Source of the DNA: Stramenopiles sp. TOSAG23-2
Taxonomy: Eukaryota
Length of the DNA: 63,154 nucleotides
Reading direction: 5' to 3'
Assembly (NCBI GenBank): GCA_900128395.1
Contig: LT649247.1
Coordinates: forward strand, 1-63,154
The position numbers and the translations under genes were made by a program. Positions 33,610 through 45,045 of this stretch are shown here, piece after piece; the first letter of the stretch is position 1, and each line of letters opens with the position of its first letter. The notes below the pieces were generated by a model. It made no database searches, was not told the DNA's origin, and saw only the letters and a program-made list of their open reading frames with translations.

Positions 33610-36600
33610 TCATTGATGGAGAAGACTCTTTGACGGTATATGCACAGTTAAAAGTATTTCTTCATCATCATCATCATCATCATCCATTTCACCAGTAGCT
33701 GTTCCATTAACTTCAACAACACCAAAAATTGGATTCATATTCTGTTCTGGCATAGGCAAAAGTTGCTGTTCTTCTTGGTGCTTCTGTTGTTGCTGATGAT
33801 TATAATTATTGTAAAAATTGTGATGAGTCTGCATAATATCATTACCCCCTTTTCTTTCACCGTAAATTTGTGTTCGTAAGTATTTCAACTTCTCCTTTTG
33901 TTCCTTGATTATGTTTAACAGGCCAGCTGATTTGTGGCCTACTCTTTCAAGCTTTAAAATACGCTGATGTAATAGCTGTGCTGAGACTTTCATTCTATCC
34001 AAATTAACCGAATGGCCTTGCTGCAACTCCTCTTCAACAGTATTACTACCACCTGCCAAGATTTCATCATCGCTATTGCCTCTCCACATTCCATTATATT
34101 CAGGAAATAACTTCATTGCCTTTGCCTTTAAAGTGCCTGCTATTACTGTTGGCTCTTGAATTGATTCAAATATAGATGTAGTCAATAGTTGAATCTCCTT
34201 GGATGGAGCTTTAGGTGCATTATTTTTCAAAATGCAACTGTAAGCACGATTAAACCATTCTTCTCCTGGTGGCAATAAAGTGATATTATCAACCACAACG
34301 GTACTCATAGATTTACCAATTACAAGAGCACTTGCACATACACCACGAACAGTCCTTCCATTACCTTGGCCATGTCCACTAGCATAATGATTGAGTGCAA
34401 CAGAAATAAAGCTAAGATTACCAACTAATGGCTTCTGCTCCTGCTTTGTCAAAACATCTTTCACCCACTCAGTCGATTCAAATGTCCATGCAGCTGATAC
34501 ATCGCCAACCAATTCAAAAGTTAGTGGGTCATCGGTAGCCCCAACATTGTCTTCGTCATCATCTAATTGCTTCCTTACAAATATCACTTTTTTCCGTATA
34601 TTTGTTCGTGATTGTATATTCATTAAAATCCTAACTGGAACAGGAAGATCTTTGATGATACTATTTTTTATTGATTCTATGCTACTATCATCATTATCAT
34701 TATAAAACGTAATTGAACGTATATTTTTATTTGTAGAACTGTTTGATATTTTCTTTGCAGTAGGAAATAATTGATTCAATAGCGATTTTTTAATTTGTTT
34801 GCACCCTTTCACATTAACATGGTGCAAAATTTTCGATTTCATCTTTTCAATGCAAATTTCAATAAATGTTGGACATACACTTCTTAAATATTTAAACTTT
34901 CCAGTTGAATTGTTTGAAATATAGTCATTCCCAACGGTGTCGAATACATAAAATGGTATTTTTTTTTCGTCATTCTTTCCTTTGTTTTTATTTTGTATAT
35001 ACGTTAAAACACCTTTCGATAAAAATGTCTTTGATATTAAATACTTTATTCGCTCTGCATTTGGATTGCCTGAATCTGCCCAAGATTTCAAAATATATGC
35101 CTTACCAGATTTGTTTTCAATGTCACGAATCCAACGAACATGTACTTCATTGGAAAACGTTTGAAATAACATGTTTTCAAATCGTTTATTAATATTGCTT
35201 ATTGTTTTCGCATTCATGTTACTATTGTTAGTATTTTCATTACTGTGGTTACTGCTGCTGCTGTTGTTGTTGTTATTGCTTTCATTTTTTAGCATATGGT
35301 GAACTGTAAAATGACGCAAATGAATATCTTTTATTTCGAATGTGTCTGCAAAATGACCTTGCAAGACTTTCACCAAATGTTCTGCTTGTACCTCTGATGG
35401 CCCTTTTAACTGCAAAACGGTTCGGTTGTATTCCATATCATGTACAATTTTAGATTTTGTACTAACAATTTGGTTGTTGAAAACCCAGAACAATGATAAA
35501 CGTAAAGCATTAGCAACGTAACTATCGTTAGATGGATCAACCAATGGGCTGCTTGAACTTGTAAATGTCATTACTCTAGCTTCTAAATGTTTTGCTGTAT
35601 TGTGAAATGTTTTCAATCTTGAGCGTACAAGTCCGTAACGTCCAAGATTGCGATCACCGTTTTTGCGATACCATATTAATATTCGTAATAACATGATAGG
35701 TATTGAATAATGTCCATCATCAAATTCTATTTGCCCCATCAATGTTGTAGTTATAATATTGTTCATCTCTTCATATGTATGTATAAAATGTGAAGCTGTT
35801 CGAAATGGCGAACGATCTAAACTCAATGCAGCAGCTATACATGCTGCTTCCCTCCCAACACCTAATCGTATACCATGGATTACCAATTTACACAGACTAA
35901 GATCTAATCCTATCGTTGCTGCTAGCGTGCCTTCCGTCGTTAGTTCACCATCATCAGAAGGCTCTGTGAAAAAAGATAGACGATATAAACTATCAAATGC
36001 TGGTTGTATTTGATCTATATTTGGAGATGTAATTACATTTTCTAAAATAGACACGACAGGTCTATTCAACATCGCCTTTAATCGTAAAATGATATGATCC
36101 AATGGCGTTTGTAATATTTCTGGTGGATCGAATGGATCAAACAAATCATGAAGAGATTTAGTATACATCCTCCACACCGTACCAGGCCTTACCCTTGCCG
36201 TTCTACCAGCTCTTTGAGTAGCAGATGCTTTTGAAATCCATGCAGGAACTAGACATACTTGATGTTTAGTTACATTGTATTCAATGCGTTTTTCCGTTCC
36301 TAAACATATGACATTGTCGCAATCTGGTAATGTGATAGATGATTCAGCAGAATTTGTTGCAACAACAATTTTTACAACTCCATTATTTTCATCAAACGCT
36401 GCCATTTGCTCCTCGTGTGGAATATTTGAATGTATTGGTATGACTAAATATTGCTTATTGGAATTCCTGCTTTTAAGCTGGTCGAATAAATTCACGATGT
36501 TATATATTGCATTGATACCATCAACAAAAATCAAAACAGAGCGACCAGGGACACCAACTACCCTTGATAAATGAAATGCAATTTTGCATTGCGATTGTGT

Positions 36601-39180
36601 AATACTAGTAATACCACTATTAATTATTGTTGTCACTGATGCTTTTTTTTCAAAATCTTTTATTAATTTTGAAACACTTTTTTGTTGTGCATTACTCAAT
36701 TGTATATTTAAACGTTTGTTCAATAGATCATTTAAATAATATTCTTTCAAGACGCATCTTCTGGACCCAACAAAAAGTGCATTAGCATCAATATTAAAAT
36801 ACTCTCGATACGTATCAGCTGCTAGGGTTGCGCTCATTAAAATCAATTTCAAATTTGGAAATTGTTGCAATAAATCTTTTGCAATGTAGCATAATAGATC
36901 CGTATCGACACTTCTTTCATGTATTTCATCAATGATTAGATGTGTATGATCGCGAAATATTTCCGGATGGTGAGCGGCCACTAATACCAAGTATCCAGCC
37001 GTGCAAAACCAAATGCGAGTTGACTTTGTATCAATTGTTTTCACGCCATGTCCCATTCTTAGACCTACTATACTATCAAGATCATGTTTCATGATCAATG
37101 GATTATTATTATTATAGTTATTGGTATTAGCTAAAATATTGTCTTTGATCTCATTTGATACCCTTGTTCGTAAGGATGTTGCAGCAATACGCCGTGGCTG
37201 GGAAATAAACATCTTTACATTTTCCATTCCTACATCATTAATAATCATTTGCGGTAATCTTGAGGATTTACCACACCCTGTTTCACCATGGATAATTGTT
37301 ATTTTATTATTGCGTATATGTTTACATATTCGATCACGATGCTTATCAATTGGTAGAGTATTTCTGCTTTTATTATTTGTTATACTGTTATCCCCATCAT
37401 CACCATCATCGTTGTCGTTGTTGTTGTTGTTGCTTTTATAAGTATGGTCTCTGTGCTTATCTATCTGCGTGGATTCTTTTTGAAAGTTTATTATTGGTTC
37501 ATATGCGTTTGTTACGGTAGAAAATCGTTTACTAGCAAGCATATGAAATGTTGGTCCATGATACCAATACATGGGATTTAAACCTATGGATGGGACATCA
37601 TTATCAATTAAAAAAAACAAAAGTTTTTTACATAGTTTTTGATACATTTTCTGAAATTTAATATTATGGTATTCCATCGTTCCATCAAATGAATTAATAT
37701 TTTCATGAATAATAGCATTGCACTGTTTATCTTCGATATTATTGTTGCTATTCCTATTACTTGTTAAGCTCTCCATGGCAGCTACTTTTTGTGCAAAATA
37801 TGTCAATGCGCGCTTTTGCTCTGATGTCATTACCAACATATCGTCACTTTCATAAACTTCTTCCTTGTCTTCACGGTATTCATTATTATTGTAATGCGTA
37901 ATAACTTCTAGAACGATTTCAATTAATGGTGCTGAATTATTTTTACGCATATGGTTATGATCATTTAAATTTTGTGTGACTTTTTCTATACATTTTAAAT
38001 ATATCTCTTCCTCCATGGTCTGTTTATAGTTGATACCATGTACGTTATTGTTATTATCATTAATAGTAATTGGCACTTCCCCATAATCGTCTTCATCATC
38101 ATCGAATGGAAACATATCTAATGGTTTTAACTCATATAATAATCTGGAAAATGTTATCGCTTCATTCAGTTTTTCATTTACTGTACTTGCATCTAAATTA
38201 TCTTCATCATATTTACTAAATAGATTAGCAATAGAATGCATATCATTACTTTCTAATAAATAATCTACAAGTTCTTCTTCGTTTTCGAAGCTAAATAAAT
38301 TTTTAGAAAAGTGAGATGTATAATCATTGCCTAAATATATAGCAAAATCAATAAATGTAGATTCTGACATATCCAAGTAATTGGTTATTATTTTTCTTGT
38401 ATACACGATAGCACTTAGTACATTATTGTTATTATCATTACTATTAGCAGTGACAGCGTTTTTATTAGATGTTACTACCTTTGTTTTCAGCTTTGATTCC
38501 TTGAAAAAACTACCAAAAGTGACATACCTGGCATCTTTAAATAGATAAAAATCACTATCGTTTCCATATATTACACATTGATTTTTTTCAATCATATTAT
38601 TTTGTACATTATTTGTTTCATGCTTATTATTATTATTATTATAATTATGTATAAAACTATCACTGGATATTTTGCCTAGAATATGGTCAGCTTCTTCGTT
38701 ACAAAAAACTTGTTTTATATGTAATTCTTTCAATACATATTGTATTTGATACTTTGCTAATATTGGTAAAGGATACTCATTTTCATTATATTTTACACCA
38801 TCTATACAATATTCAAATAATTTCGTTTCTGAGTCTAATATATCATTTCTTCGTTTTATATCAGTTTCCAGCTTTAACCTCCTTTTCTTACCATCCCAGT
38901 AGACAATCGGTTGGATCTTTGCATTTAGAAAGGTAATCATTTCTTCCTTTGTACGTTTATATATCTCATAAAAGTCGCCTCCATATTTTCTCTCAACAGG
39001 TGGCATTATATTGTTTTCATCTTTGTTGGTTTGTTCATTAATACAAATATAGTGGTTCAAAATGTAAAATAAAAACCCATTACCATCTATTAATAATTTG
39101 GAATCTGGTGAAAAAGTTGATGGTAGAATAGATTCTTTTATATTTTCCTCTATAAATTTTTTTAATTTACGAATACCCAT
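33610..39180 (-). CDS. Fusion of an Asteroid/XPG(FEN)-like PIN nuclease domain and a DEAH-box RNA helicase (TDRD9/Spindle-E-like)
   Basis: N-terminal MGIRKL, LIDGNGF, VYWDG, EEAD, GNDSDF, LGNDY; helicase motifs GETGCGKS, SQPRRIAA, DEIHER, MSAT, ATNSAESSITLPD, QRAGRTAR, then an HA2-like region. Confidence 0.88.
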   Translation of the reverse strand: MGIRKLKKFIEENIKESILPSTFSPDSKLLIDGNGFLFYILNHYICINEQTNKDENNIMPPVERKYGGDFYEIYKRTKEEMITFLNAKIQPIVYWDGKKRRLKLETDIKRRNDILDSETKLFEYCIDGVKYNENEYPLPILAKYQIQYVLKELHIKQVFCNEEADHILGKISSDSFIHNYNNNNNKHETNNVQNNMIEKNQCVIYGNDSDFYLFKDARYVTFGSFFKESKLKTKVVTSNKNAVTANSNDNNNNVLSAIVYTRKIITNYLDMSESTFIDFAIYLGNDYTSHFSKNLFSFENEEELVDYLLESNDMHSIANLFSKYDEDNLDASTVNEKLNEAITFSRLLYELKPLDMFPFDDDEDDYGEVPITINDNNNNVHGINYKQTMEEEIYLKCIEKVTQNLNDHNHMRKNNSAPLIEIVLEVITHYNNNEYREDKEEVYESDDMLVMTSEQKRALTYFAQKVAAMESLTSNRNSNNNIEDKQCNAIIHENINSFDGTMEYHNIKFQKMYQKLCKKLLFFLIDNDVPSIGLNPMYWYHGPTFHMLASKRFSTVTNAYEPIINFQKESTQIDKHRDHTYKSNNNNNDNDDGDDGDNSITNNKSRNTLPIDKHRDRICKHIRNNKITIIHGETGCGKSSRLPQMIINDVGMENVKMFISQPRRIAATSLRTRVSNEIKDNILANTNNYNNNNPLIMKHDLDSIVGLRMGHGVKTIDTKSTRIWFCTAGYLVLVAAHHPEIFRDHTHLIIDEIHERSVDTDLLCYIAKDLLQQFPNLKLILMSATLAADTYREYFNIDANALFVGSRRCVLKEYYLNDLLNKRLNIQLSNAQQKSVSKLIKDFEKKASVTTIINSGITSITQSQCKIAFHLSRVVGVPGRSVLIFVDGINAIYNIVNLFDQLKSRNSNKQYLVIPIHSNIPHEEQMAAFDENNGVVKIVVATNSAESSITLPDCDNVICLGTEKRIEYNVTKHQVCLVPAWISKASATQRAGRTARVRPGTVWRMYTKSLHDLFDPFDPPEILQTPLDHIILRLKAMLNRPVVSILENVITSPNIDQIQPAFDSLYRLSFFTEPSDDGELTTEGTLAATIGLDLSLCKLVIHGIRLGVGREAACIAAALSLDRSPFRTASHFIHTYEEMNNIITTTLMGQIEFDDGHYSIPIMLLRILIWYRKNGDRNLGRYGLVRSRLKTFHNTAKHLEARVMTFTSSSSPLVDPSNDSYVANALRLSLFWVFNNQIVSTKSKIVHDMEYNRTVLQLKGPSEVQAEHLVKVLQGHFADTFEIKDIHLRHFTVHHMLKNESNNNNNSSSSNHSNENTNNSNMNAKTISNINKRFENMLFQTFSNEVHVRWIRDIENKSGKAYILKSWADSGNPNAERIKYLISKTFLSKGVLTYIQNKNKGKNDEKKIPFYVFDTVGNDYISNNSTGKFKYLRSVCPTFIEICIEKMKSKILHHVNVKGCKQIKKSLLNQLFPTAKKISNSSTNKNIRSITFYNDNDDSSIESIKNSIIKDLPVPVRILMNIQSRTNIRKKVIFVRKQLDDDEDNVGATDDPLTFELVGDVSAAWTFESTEWVKDVLTKQEQKPLVGNLSFISVALNHYASGHGQGNGRTVRGVCASALVIGKSMSTVVVDNITLLPPGEEWFNRAYSCILKNNAPKAPSKEIQLLTTSIFESIQEPTVIAGTLKAKAMKLFPEYNGMWRGNSDDEILAGGSNTVEEELQQGHSVNLDRMKVSAQLLHQRILKLERVGHKSAGLLNIIKEQKEKLKYLRTQIYGERKGGNDIMQTHHNFYNNYNHQQQQKHQEEQQLLPMPEQNMNPIFGVVEVNGTATGEMDDDDDDDEEILLTVHIPSKSLLHQ

Positions 39181-39202
39181 TATTGTTATTATTATTTACA
39201 AC

Positions 39203-39228
39203 GTGTGTGTGTGTGTGTGTGTGTGTGT
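39203..39228. repeat. (GT)n microsatellite just upstream of the helicase ATG
   Basis: gtgtgt... run. Confidence 0.9.
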
Positions 39229-39780
39229 ATGTATTGTTATTATTTGATTTCCGTATGTTTCTATTTCTTTCTAACGAGATGTTGTGTCATTATTTTTTAT
39301 TTATTTAGTATATGATTTACTTTTACTCTCTTCTCCACTAACTGTTGTCATTATTTTTTATTTTTTTTTATGAGATGATGTATCATTTTTTTGATCTCAT
39401 CTTGTGGGAGGTCATTTGCTTCCCCACAATGAGGGCCGATCGATATTGTGGTCTGGGGCCATAGACACAGCATCGGACTATATATAGCATATACACAGCA
39501 TTGGGATACCCGTCTGAGAGTAATTAGTGCAATAGTATACTGTATCAGTCAGACACACAGGCAGCACACAGTATGAGACTAAAAAATTACAAAAAATATA
39601 TAATAATGCACTTATATATGCATATATATTAATGCTAAATATAACTAAATAGAGATAATAATGTTGAACAAGAAACAAGTATATATAGTGGAGAGAGCAC
39701 GGATAGGATTACTAAGCATAAAAAACTTACTGTTTACAAAACGTAAACAAAAAGAATAGCAAAATAAGTATAAAAGGAGG

Positions 39781-41532
39781 ATGAATCCAGAATTATATCA
39801 ATTTGTGAAAAGTTTATATCTTCAAGAAAATATAAACAATAATAATAATTTTGAGGATGATAATAATAATAATAATGATAAAAAAGAAGAAGATATGATT
39901 ATCAAACCATATATATGGAACAATATTGATAATACGTTATTGATGTTTTTATTTGGTACGTTGGATGATCATTCGCCAATATCATTAATGCGTGGACAGA
40001 GGGATCTTTTGCGTGTCATATTCATGCTAACATGTGAAGAGTATTGGGAAGAACATATCATTAAAATGAAAGATTCATATCATGTGCATGCACATAATAG
40101 TTTTGCTACATTTAAAAATACCCCAAAACCAAATAAACATATACAAATTAATGGTTTGCCGAAATTATTGCCAAAATTAGGTGCAGGTGACTATAAACAG
40201 ACAGATCCTCAATTCTTTGGTGGGGTACCTGCAGCAACAATTGCTGAAAATGTTGAATTTCCAAAACCTTTAAAGATGAATTATAATGATGATAAAAAAT
40301 CTACTTCATCATCATCACAACAACAATTTTTTGTTAAAGACATTACCGATGAAAATATTGGACATTTATATGTAAATATGCTACCATTTAATTTATGCGA
40401 TAAAAATACATTACCAGATTGCTTAATGCAATATTGGGACATCATTGAAATATGTACAAAGAAAATCAGACAAACAAAAAAAGAATGTGCCTATTTAACA
40501 ATTGATGAACGCCCTGTAACCTCTGGCCATTCGCAAAGAAGAGCGGGTGTGCACACTGAATCACCTTCTATACTACCTATTTTCAAAATAGGCGAAGAAA
40601 ATAATAACAACAACAATAATAACTACAGGGTCGAATATTTAGCAAAAGAGAAAAATGGTTCATGGGTACCCGGAGCAGAGCATCATTGGGGTAGTGGAAT
40701 GCTTATGCGAAGGGATCAAATAATTGGTGGCATTTATATGGTCTCCAATGTTGATAATAGTACAGCAGTTTGGAATCATTATATAAATGATATGCATGGT
40801 GAAGTCATTGGTCCATATGGAGATTTAGAACATGTTCGATCATTATTAAAAAAACCGAGTAAATTGTTAAAAAAAGGTGAATTGGTTTGGATGACAGATA
40901 AAACACCACATGAATCATTGCCATTAAAACATAATGAAAAACGCCAATATTTTCGTCTAGTTTGTGGTGATGTTAGTGCATGGTTTAGCAATCATAGTAC
41001 AAAAAATCCTAAATTTAATGTAGAAGATCATGTACGAATAGTTGATGGAAATAAATTTAAATTAAATGTTGGAAGATTTTCAAAGCGTTGGATATCTGGT
41101 ACCAACAAGGAACTTGAACGTTTGCGTGGAGAGAAAGAATTATATTCAACATTGCAAGAATATGGTTTGTGTCATTTAGCAGAAAGGTGGATTGTAAATG
41201 GTGTTAATAATATTAACAAGTTATATTTTGTACTGCTTCGTAACTTTTCAAGCGGTAAGGATGGTCTATTAATGAAGCATAGGACATTTGAATTATATAA
41301 TCCACTTCGTACTTCTTCTCGTATGAATGGTACTGATCCATATAAAACACTTGTTAATACCACTGGCTTTCGTTACTTTGAAAGAGATCAATTACATCGT
41401 TTGATGGAGGTTTTAGGGGAAAAGTATGAACATCAAAAGGCAGTTTTACAGAAAATCAAAAATGAAGTTTCTCAGCAAATCAAAGATGATAAAGCAATTT
41501 TAAAAATGGGAAAATTGAAATTGAAGGAATGA
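39781..41532 (+). CDS. Putative 2OG-Fe(II) dioxygenase-fold protein with a possible C-terminal SAM-like region
   Basis: SQRRAGVHTES (HxE), GGIYMVSNV, WMTDKTPHESLP (distal His), RQYFR (2OG-binding Arg); LQEYGLCHLAERWIVNGV is SAM-like. Confidence 0.6.
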   Translation: MNPELYQFVKSLYLQENINNNNNFEDDNNNNNDKKEEDMIIKPYIWNNIDNTLLMFLFGTLDDHSPISLMRGQRDLLRVIFMLTCEEYWEEHIIKMKDSYHVHAHNSFATFKNTPKPNKHIQINGLPKLLPKLGAGDYKQTDPQFFGGVPAATIAENVEFPKPLKMNYNDDKKSTSSSSQQQFFVKDITDENIGHLYVNMLPFNLCDKNTLPDCLMQYWDIIEICTKKIRQTKKECAYLTIDERPVTSGHSQRRAGVHTESPSILPIFKIGEENNNNNNNNYRVEYLAKEKNGSWVPGAEHHWGSGMLMRRDQIIGGIYMVSNVDNSTAVWNHYINDMHGEVIGPYGDLEHVRSLLKKPSKLLKKGELVWMTDKTPHESLPLKHNEKRQYFRLVCGDVSAWFSNHSTKNPKFNVEDHVRIVDGNKFKLNVGRFSKRWISGTNKELERLRGEKELYSTLQEYGLCHLAERWIVNGVNNINKLYFVLLRNFSSGKDGLLMKHRTFELYNPLRTSSRMNGTDPYKTLVNTTGFRYFERDQLHRLMEVLGEKYEHQKAVLQKIKNEVSQQIKDDKAILKMGKLKLKE

Positions 41533-41807
41533 GTAACATTGATATGTATATATCATATTACTTGAGCTAAAGAGGACACATTCGTTCATAATAAATTCAA
41601 TAAATATCATCTTGTGTGCGATGCATACATGAAATATTATGTTATTAAATATTACAAACCGGTAATATGATCAAATACTTCTCGTATATCATACGCGTAT
41701 ATATATACGACGTACAACTTCGTATATACATTAATATGATATTTAAATTTACGACGCATAATTTATAAATATATATTATTTTTACAAGGAATAAAAATCA
41801 AGTACAC

Positions 41808-41880
41808 GTATTTTAATTAATTTTTATTCTCTCCTCGTGATAATTCCTATACTCTCAAAAGAATAATTTAACCAAAGCCA
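41808..41880 (+). repeat. Dispersed 3'-flanking element, copy D (diverged)
   Basis: ctcgtgataattcctatactctcaaaagaata. Confidence 0.65.
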
Positions 41881-42446
41881 TATGATATTATCATATATTT
41901 TGTTTACATATATATATATACTCTCTGACTCTCTAACCTGGCTCTCGTTGTTAATTTAAATTTGGTATAATTTATTGATAGGCATTATTCTCTCATTAAA
42001 TAAGTATAATATGTTATATAGTAGTATTAATAGAATTGCGAGGAAATTTCCATAAAAATAAATTAATAATAAATATCTTTGTTTATATGTTTGAATAAAC
42101 ATTAACATGAACTATATAATTATAGTAAAAGAAGCAAAAAGGATGTCAAAGGTACATGTTAATGTATATCATTCAAATATATTTTATATTAGAAATATTA
42201 AGATATTAATAAAAGAGATTATATATTTATCTACATCACACACACGCGTCGTATTGTATAATACATATTTAATTTTTGTGATCCAATATTTTGTTATTAA
42301 TTATAAATCCAGTAGACATTTCTAGTGTTTTTTGAATATATTTTTTAGTTGTATACATCTATATATATATATTGTAAATTTTTATTTTTTTTTAAATACA
42401 ATATAACGCATAATCCTATATATATATATATCTTTAAAATAAGAAC

Positions 42447-43265
42447 ATGTCGAAACGTGTAGTAGTACATGAAAACAAACATGGTGCAATAGGAAAAATT
42501 ATCGTATTAAAAGGTAAAGTTGATTTTAAAAAATTAAAATCTATGGCTAGTAAAAAATTAAATATACGAGGTGTGAAACGAGTGTTTCAAGCAAATGGAG
42601 AGGAAATAGAAGGAATGGAAAATGTACAGAATAATGACCAATTGTATATGTCTACAGGCGCAAATTTCTTTAAATACAATAAGCGTGGAAGTGGGACTGG
42701 CGAGGAAGTATATTCCATTTCTGTATTAGGCACAGGTGGTGTTGGTAAAAGTGCGTTAACATTACGTTTTATACGTGATATATTTGTAGAAGAGTGGGAT
42801 CCAACTATTGAAGATGCATATAGGAAAACATTATCAGTTGATGAAAAGTTATGTACAATTGAAATATTGGATACTGCTGGGCAAGATGATTTTTTAACGT
42901 TAAGACCACAATGGATGTTAGAAAAAGATGCATATGTCTTTGTGTACAGCATGACATCACAGAATACATTGAAAGAATTAGAACATTTTTATGAATTACA
43001 TGAACAAATGAATGAAAATCGTCAAGTTCCTATTATATTAGTTGCAAATAAAAAAGATTTAATTAACAATAGCAAAGAAGTTGTAACAAAAGATGACGGG
43101 ATGGAAATGGCAAAAGCGTGGAATGCAACATATCTGGAAACTAGTGCATATAACGGGGAAAACGTTGAAAATATATTTAAAGATTGCATACGTGAAATAA
43201 GAAAAGTAAATAGCCCACCAGAAGAAAAGAAAAGTGGTTTCTTTAGTTTTTGTAGTATATTGTGA
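42447..43265 (+). CDS. Ras-family small GTPase with an N-terminal KHA/DCX-like (ubiquitin-fold) domain
   Basis: GTGGVGKS, WDPTIEDAY, DTAGQ, NKKD, ETSA and CAAX CSIL; N-terminal ~75 aa (GKIIVL...ASKKLNI...VFQANGEEI...NDQLY). Confidence 0.88.
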   Translation: MSKRVVVHENKHGAIGKIIVLKGKVDFKKLKSMASKKLNIRGVKRVFQANGEEIEGMENVQNNDQLYMSTGANFFKYNKRGSGTGEEVYSISVLGTGGVGKSALTLRFIRDIFVEEWDPTIEDAYRKTLSVDEKLCTIEILDTAGQDDFLTLRPQWMLEKDAYVFVYSMTSQNTLKELEHFYELHEQMNENRQVPIILVANKKDLINNSKEVVTKDDGMEMAKAWNATYLETSAYNGENVENIFKDCIREIRKVNSPPEEKKSGFFSFCSIL

Positions 43266-43484
43266 AGAAGATATTATTTAAATACGTAGAGAGGAGACAG
43301 AGATCTATATGTCATAATATAGCGCGAATGTTTGGAGTGTGTATATGTGCATTTACGTCGTTCGTAATTTGTTCTATAAATTATATTTAGGGGCACACAG
43401 AGAGATGTATATATATATTTAATTTTTAAAATTAATTTATTTCTAAACACCGTATATATATAATATATATAAATATATATAATT

Positions 43485-44453
43485 TTATGCAGTACTCTCC
43501 TCCTTTTGTTGTTTCTGTTCCATCATCATTTTTTTCTTTTCTTCATTTTGTTTCTTCACTTCTTCCAATCCTTTACTAAAACTATCCATTAATATTTTTT
43601 TCTTTGCCATTGCTTGCATAGCTTTCATAATGAAAGGAATGTAATTATGCCTACGACGTTTATTTTCTTTAGAATATTTCTCATATTTTGCTTCCTCTTC
43701 TGCTATGATTTGTTCCAATTCTTCTTTACGACTTTGATTTGCTTCATTATTTTCAAGTGTTGCTAATTCTGCTTTTGCTAATTTACCTGTATTTTCAACA
43801 ATAGCCATTAAATTAAAATTAATCTCAGAATTATCAAATTGTCCAATACGTCGTTGAATTTCTTCTTTTGCTACGTCAATCCAATTTTGATTTTCAGTGA
43901 CAGTATTTATTAAGATAGGTCCATCTCTTAAACCATCCAACTCATATACATTACCATTCACTGGTGTATATGCAACAAAATGAAATGCATCACCTTTCTC
44001 TTTATCTTTGTCGTCATTATCATCAGCAGATACAAATGGATCATTACGTGCAAAGCTATTGTGTTTTGCTCGTATCAATTCTTGCTGTCCTATCATATCA
44101 CCTCGCATATCATATGGTAATGTAGATGTAAATTCTTTAAAATTTTTCAACGTATCTCCAAGTTCAATTTTATTTGAATTTAATAAAATATTAATAATAG
44201 CTTGTGTTGCACAGGCATTTTGTATCGTTTGCCTTGCAAAATAGACGGTTTGATTCGCCTGTGAAGATATCCCGTGCCTATTATCATTAGCATATAATTC
44301 TTTTTTGAACTTAAATAAAAATATTAGTCCAAGTGTTTTGGATGGTAACGTATCAAGAGTTATGACTTCTTCTAACTGAACATCTGTGCAACCAATAGAA
44401 TGTATTAATTCTGTAAATACACCAGGATCAGATTCAATTGTACACCAATCCAT
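43485..44453 (-). CDS. UCHL5: Ubiquitin C-terminal hydrolase UCH37/UCHL5
   Basis: WCTIESDPGVFTEL, QTIQNACATQA, FHFVAY, YELDGL, ENKRRRHNYIPFI. Confidence 0.93.
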   Translation of the reverse strand: MDWCTIESDPGVFTELIHSIGCTDVQLEEVITLDTLPSKTLGLIFLFKFKKELYANDNRHGISSQANQTVYFARQTIQNACATQAIINILLNSNKIELGDTLKNFKEFTSTLPYDMRGDMIGQQELIRAKHNSFARNDPFVSADDNDDKDKEKGDAFHFVAYTPVNGNVYELDGLRDGPILINTVTENQNWIDVAKEEIQRRIGQFDNSEINFNLMAIVENTGKLAKAELATLENNEANQSRKEELEQIIAEEEAKYEKYSKENKRRRHNYIPFIMKAMQAMAKKKILMDSFSKGLEEVKKQNEEKKKMMMEQKQQKEESTA

Positions 44454-45045
44454 TTCTGTTTTGTTATGTTCGGGTTTTTGTATAGACTAATCTATGATAT
44501 ATCTTCTGTATACATATGTTTGTTTGTTTTAGTTGTTTGTTGTTGTGATGAGAGTTTTAAATAATATATTTAAATCAATATTGATAATAATAATTCTATT
44601 ATTATTTATAAAAAATAAGGACGGAATAATAGGAAGAAGAAGACGTTTTCGAATTCCTTCTAATTTTACTAATGCTATTTCTATATACATTATTTGATGT
44701 ACAGTTTTATACCTTAACAAACCGCAATAGATCAGGCACACACCGTTAGTGCATGCTGTCATGCAGAAAGACTTAATGTTATTTAAATGCTAATCAGTAC
44801 CTTAAATTGAGACTCTAATAAAGGACATTCACTTTTTAAAAAAATGTTGTTGTTTAGCTCACGCACGCAAAATACTAATATACTGATGTATATACGTTTG
44901 TTTACATAATAATGTTAAGTACAGCAGGAAAGAAACAAAAATACAAACAAAAACAAAGTAAAAGTACAAAGAAACAAAAAACAAAACAAACAAACAAACA
45001 AGAAACAAACAAACAAACAAGAAAAAGAAAAAAGAAATACAAGAA

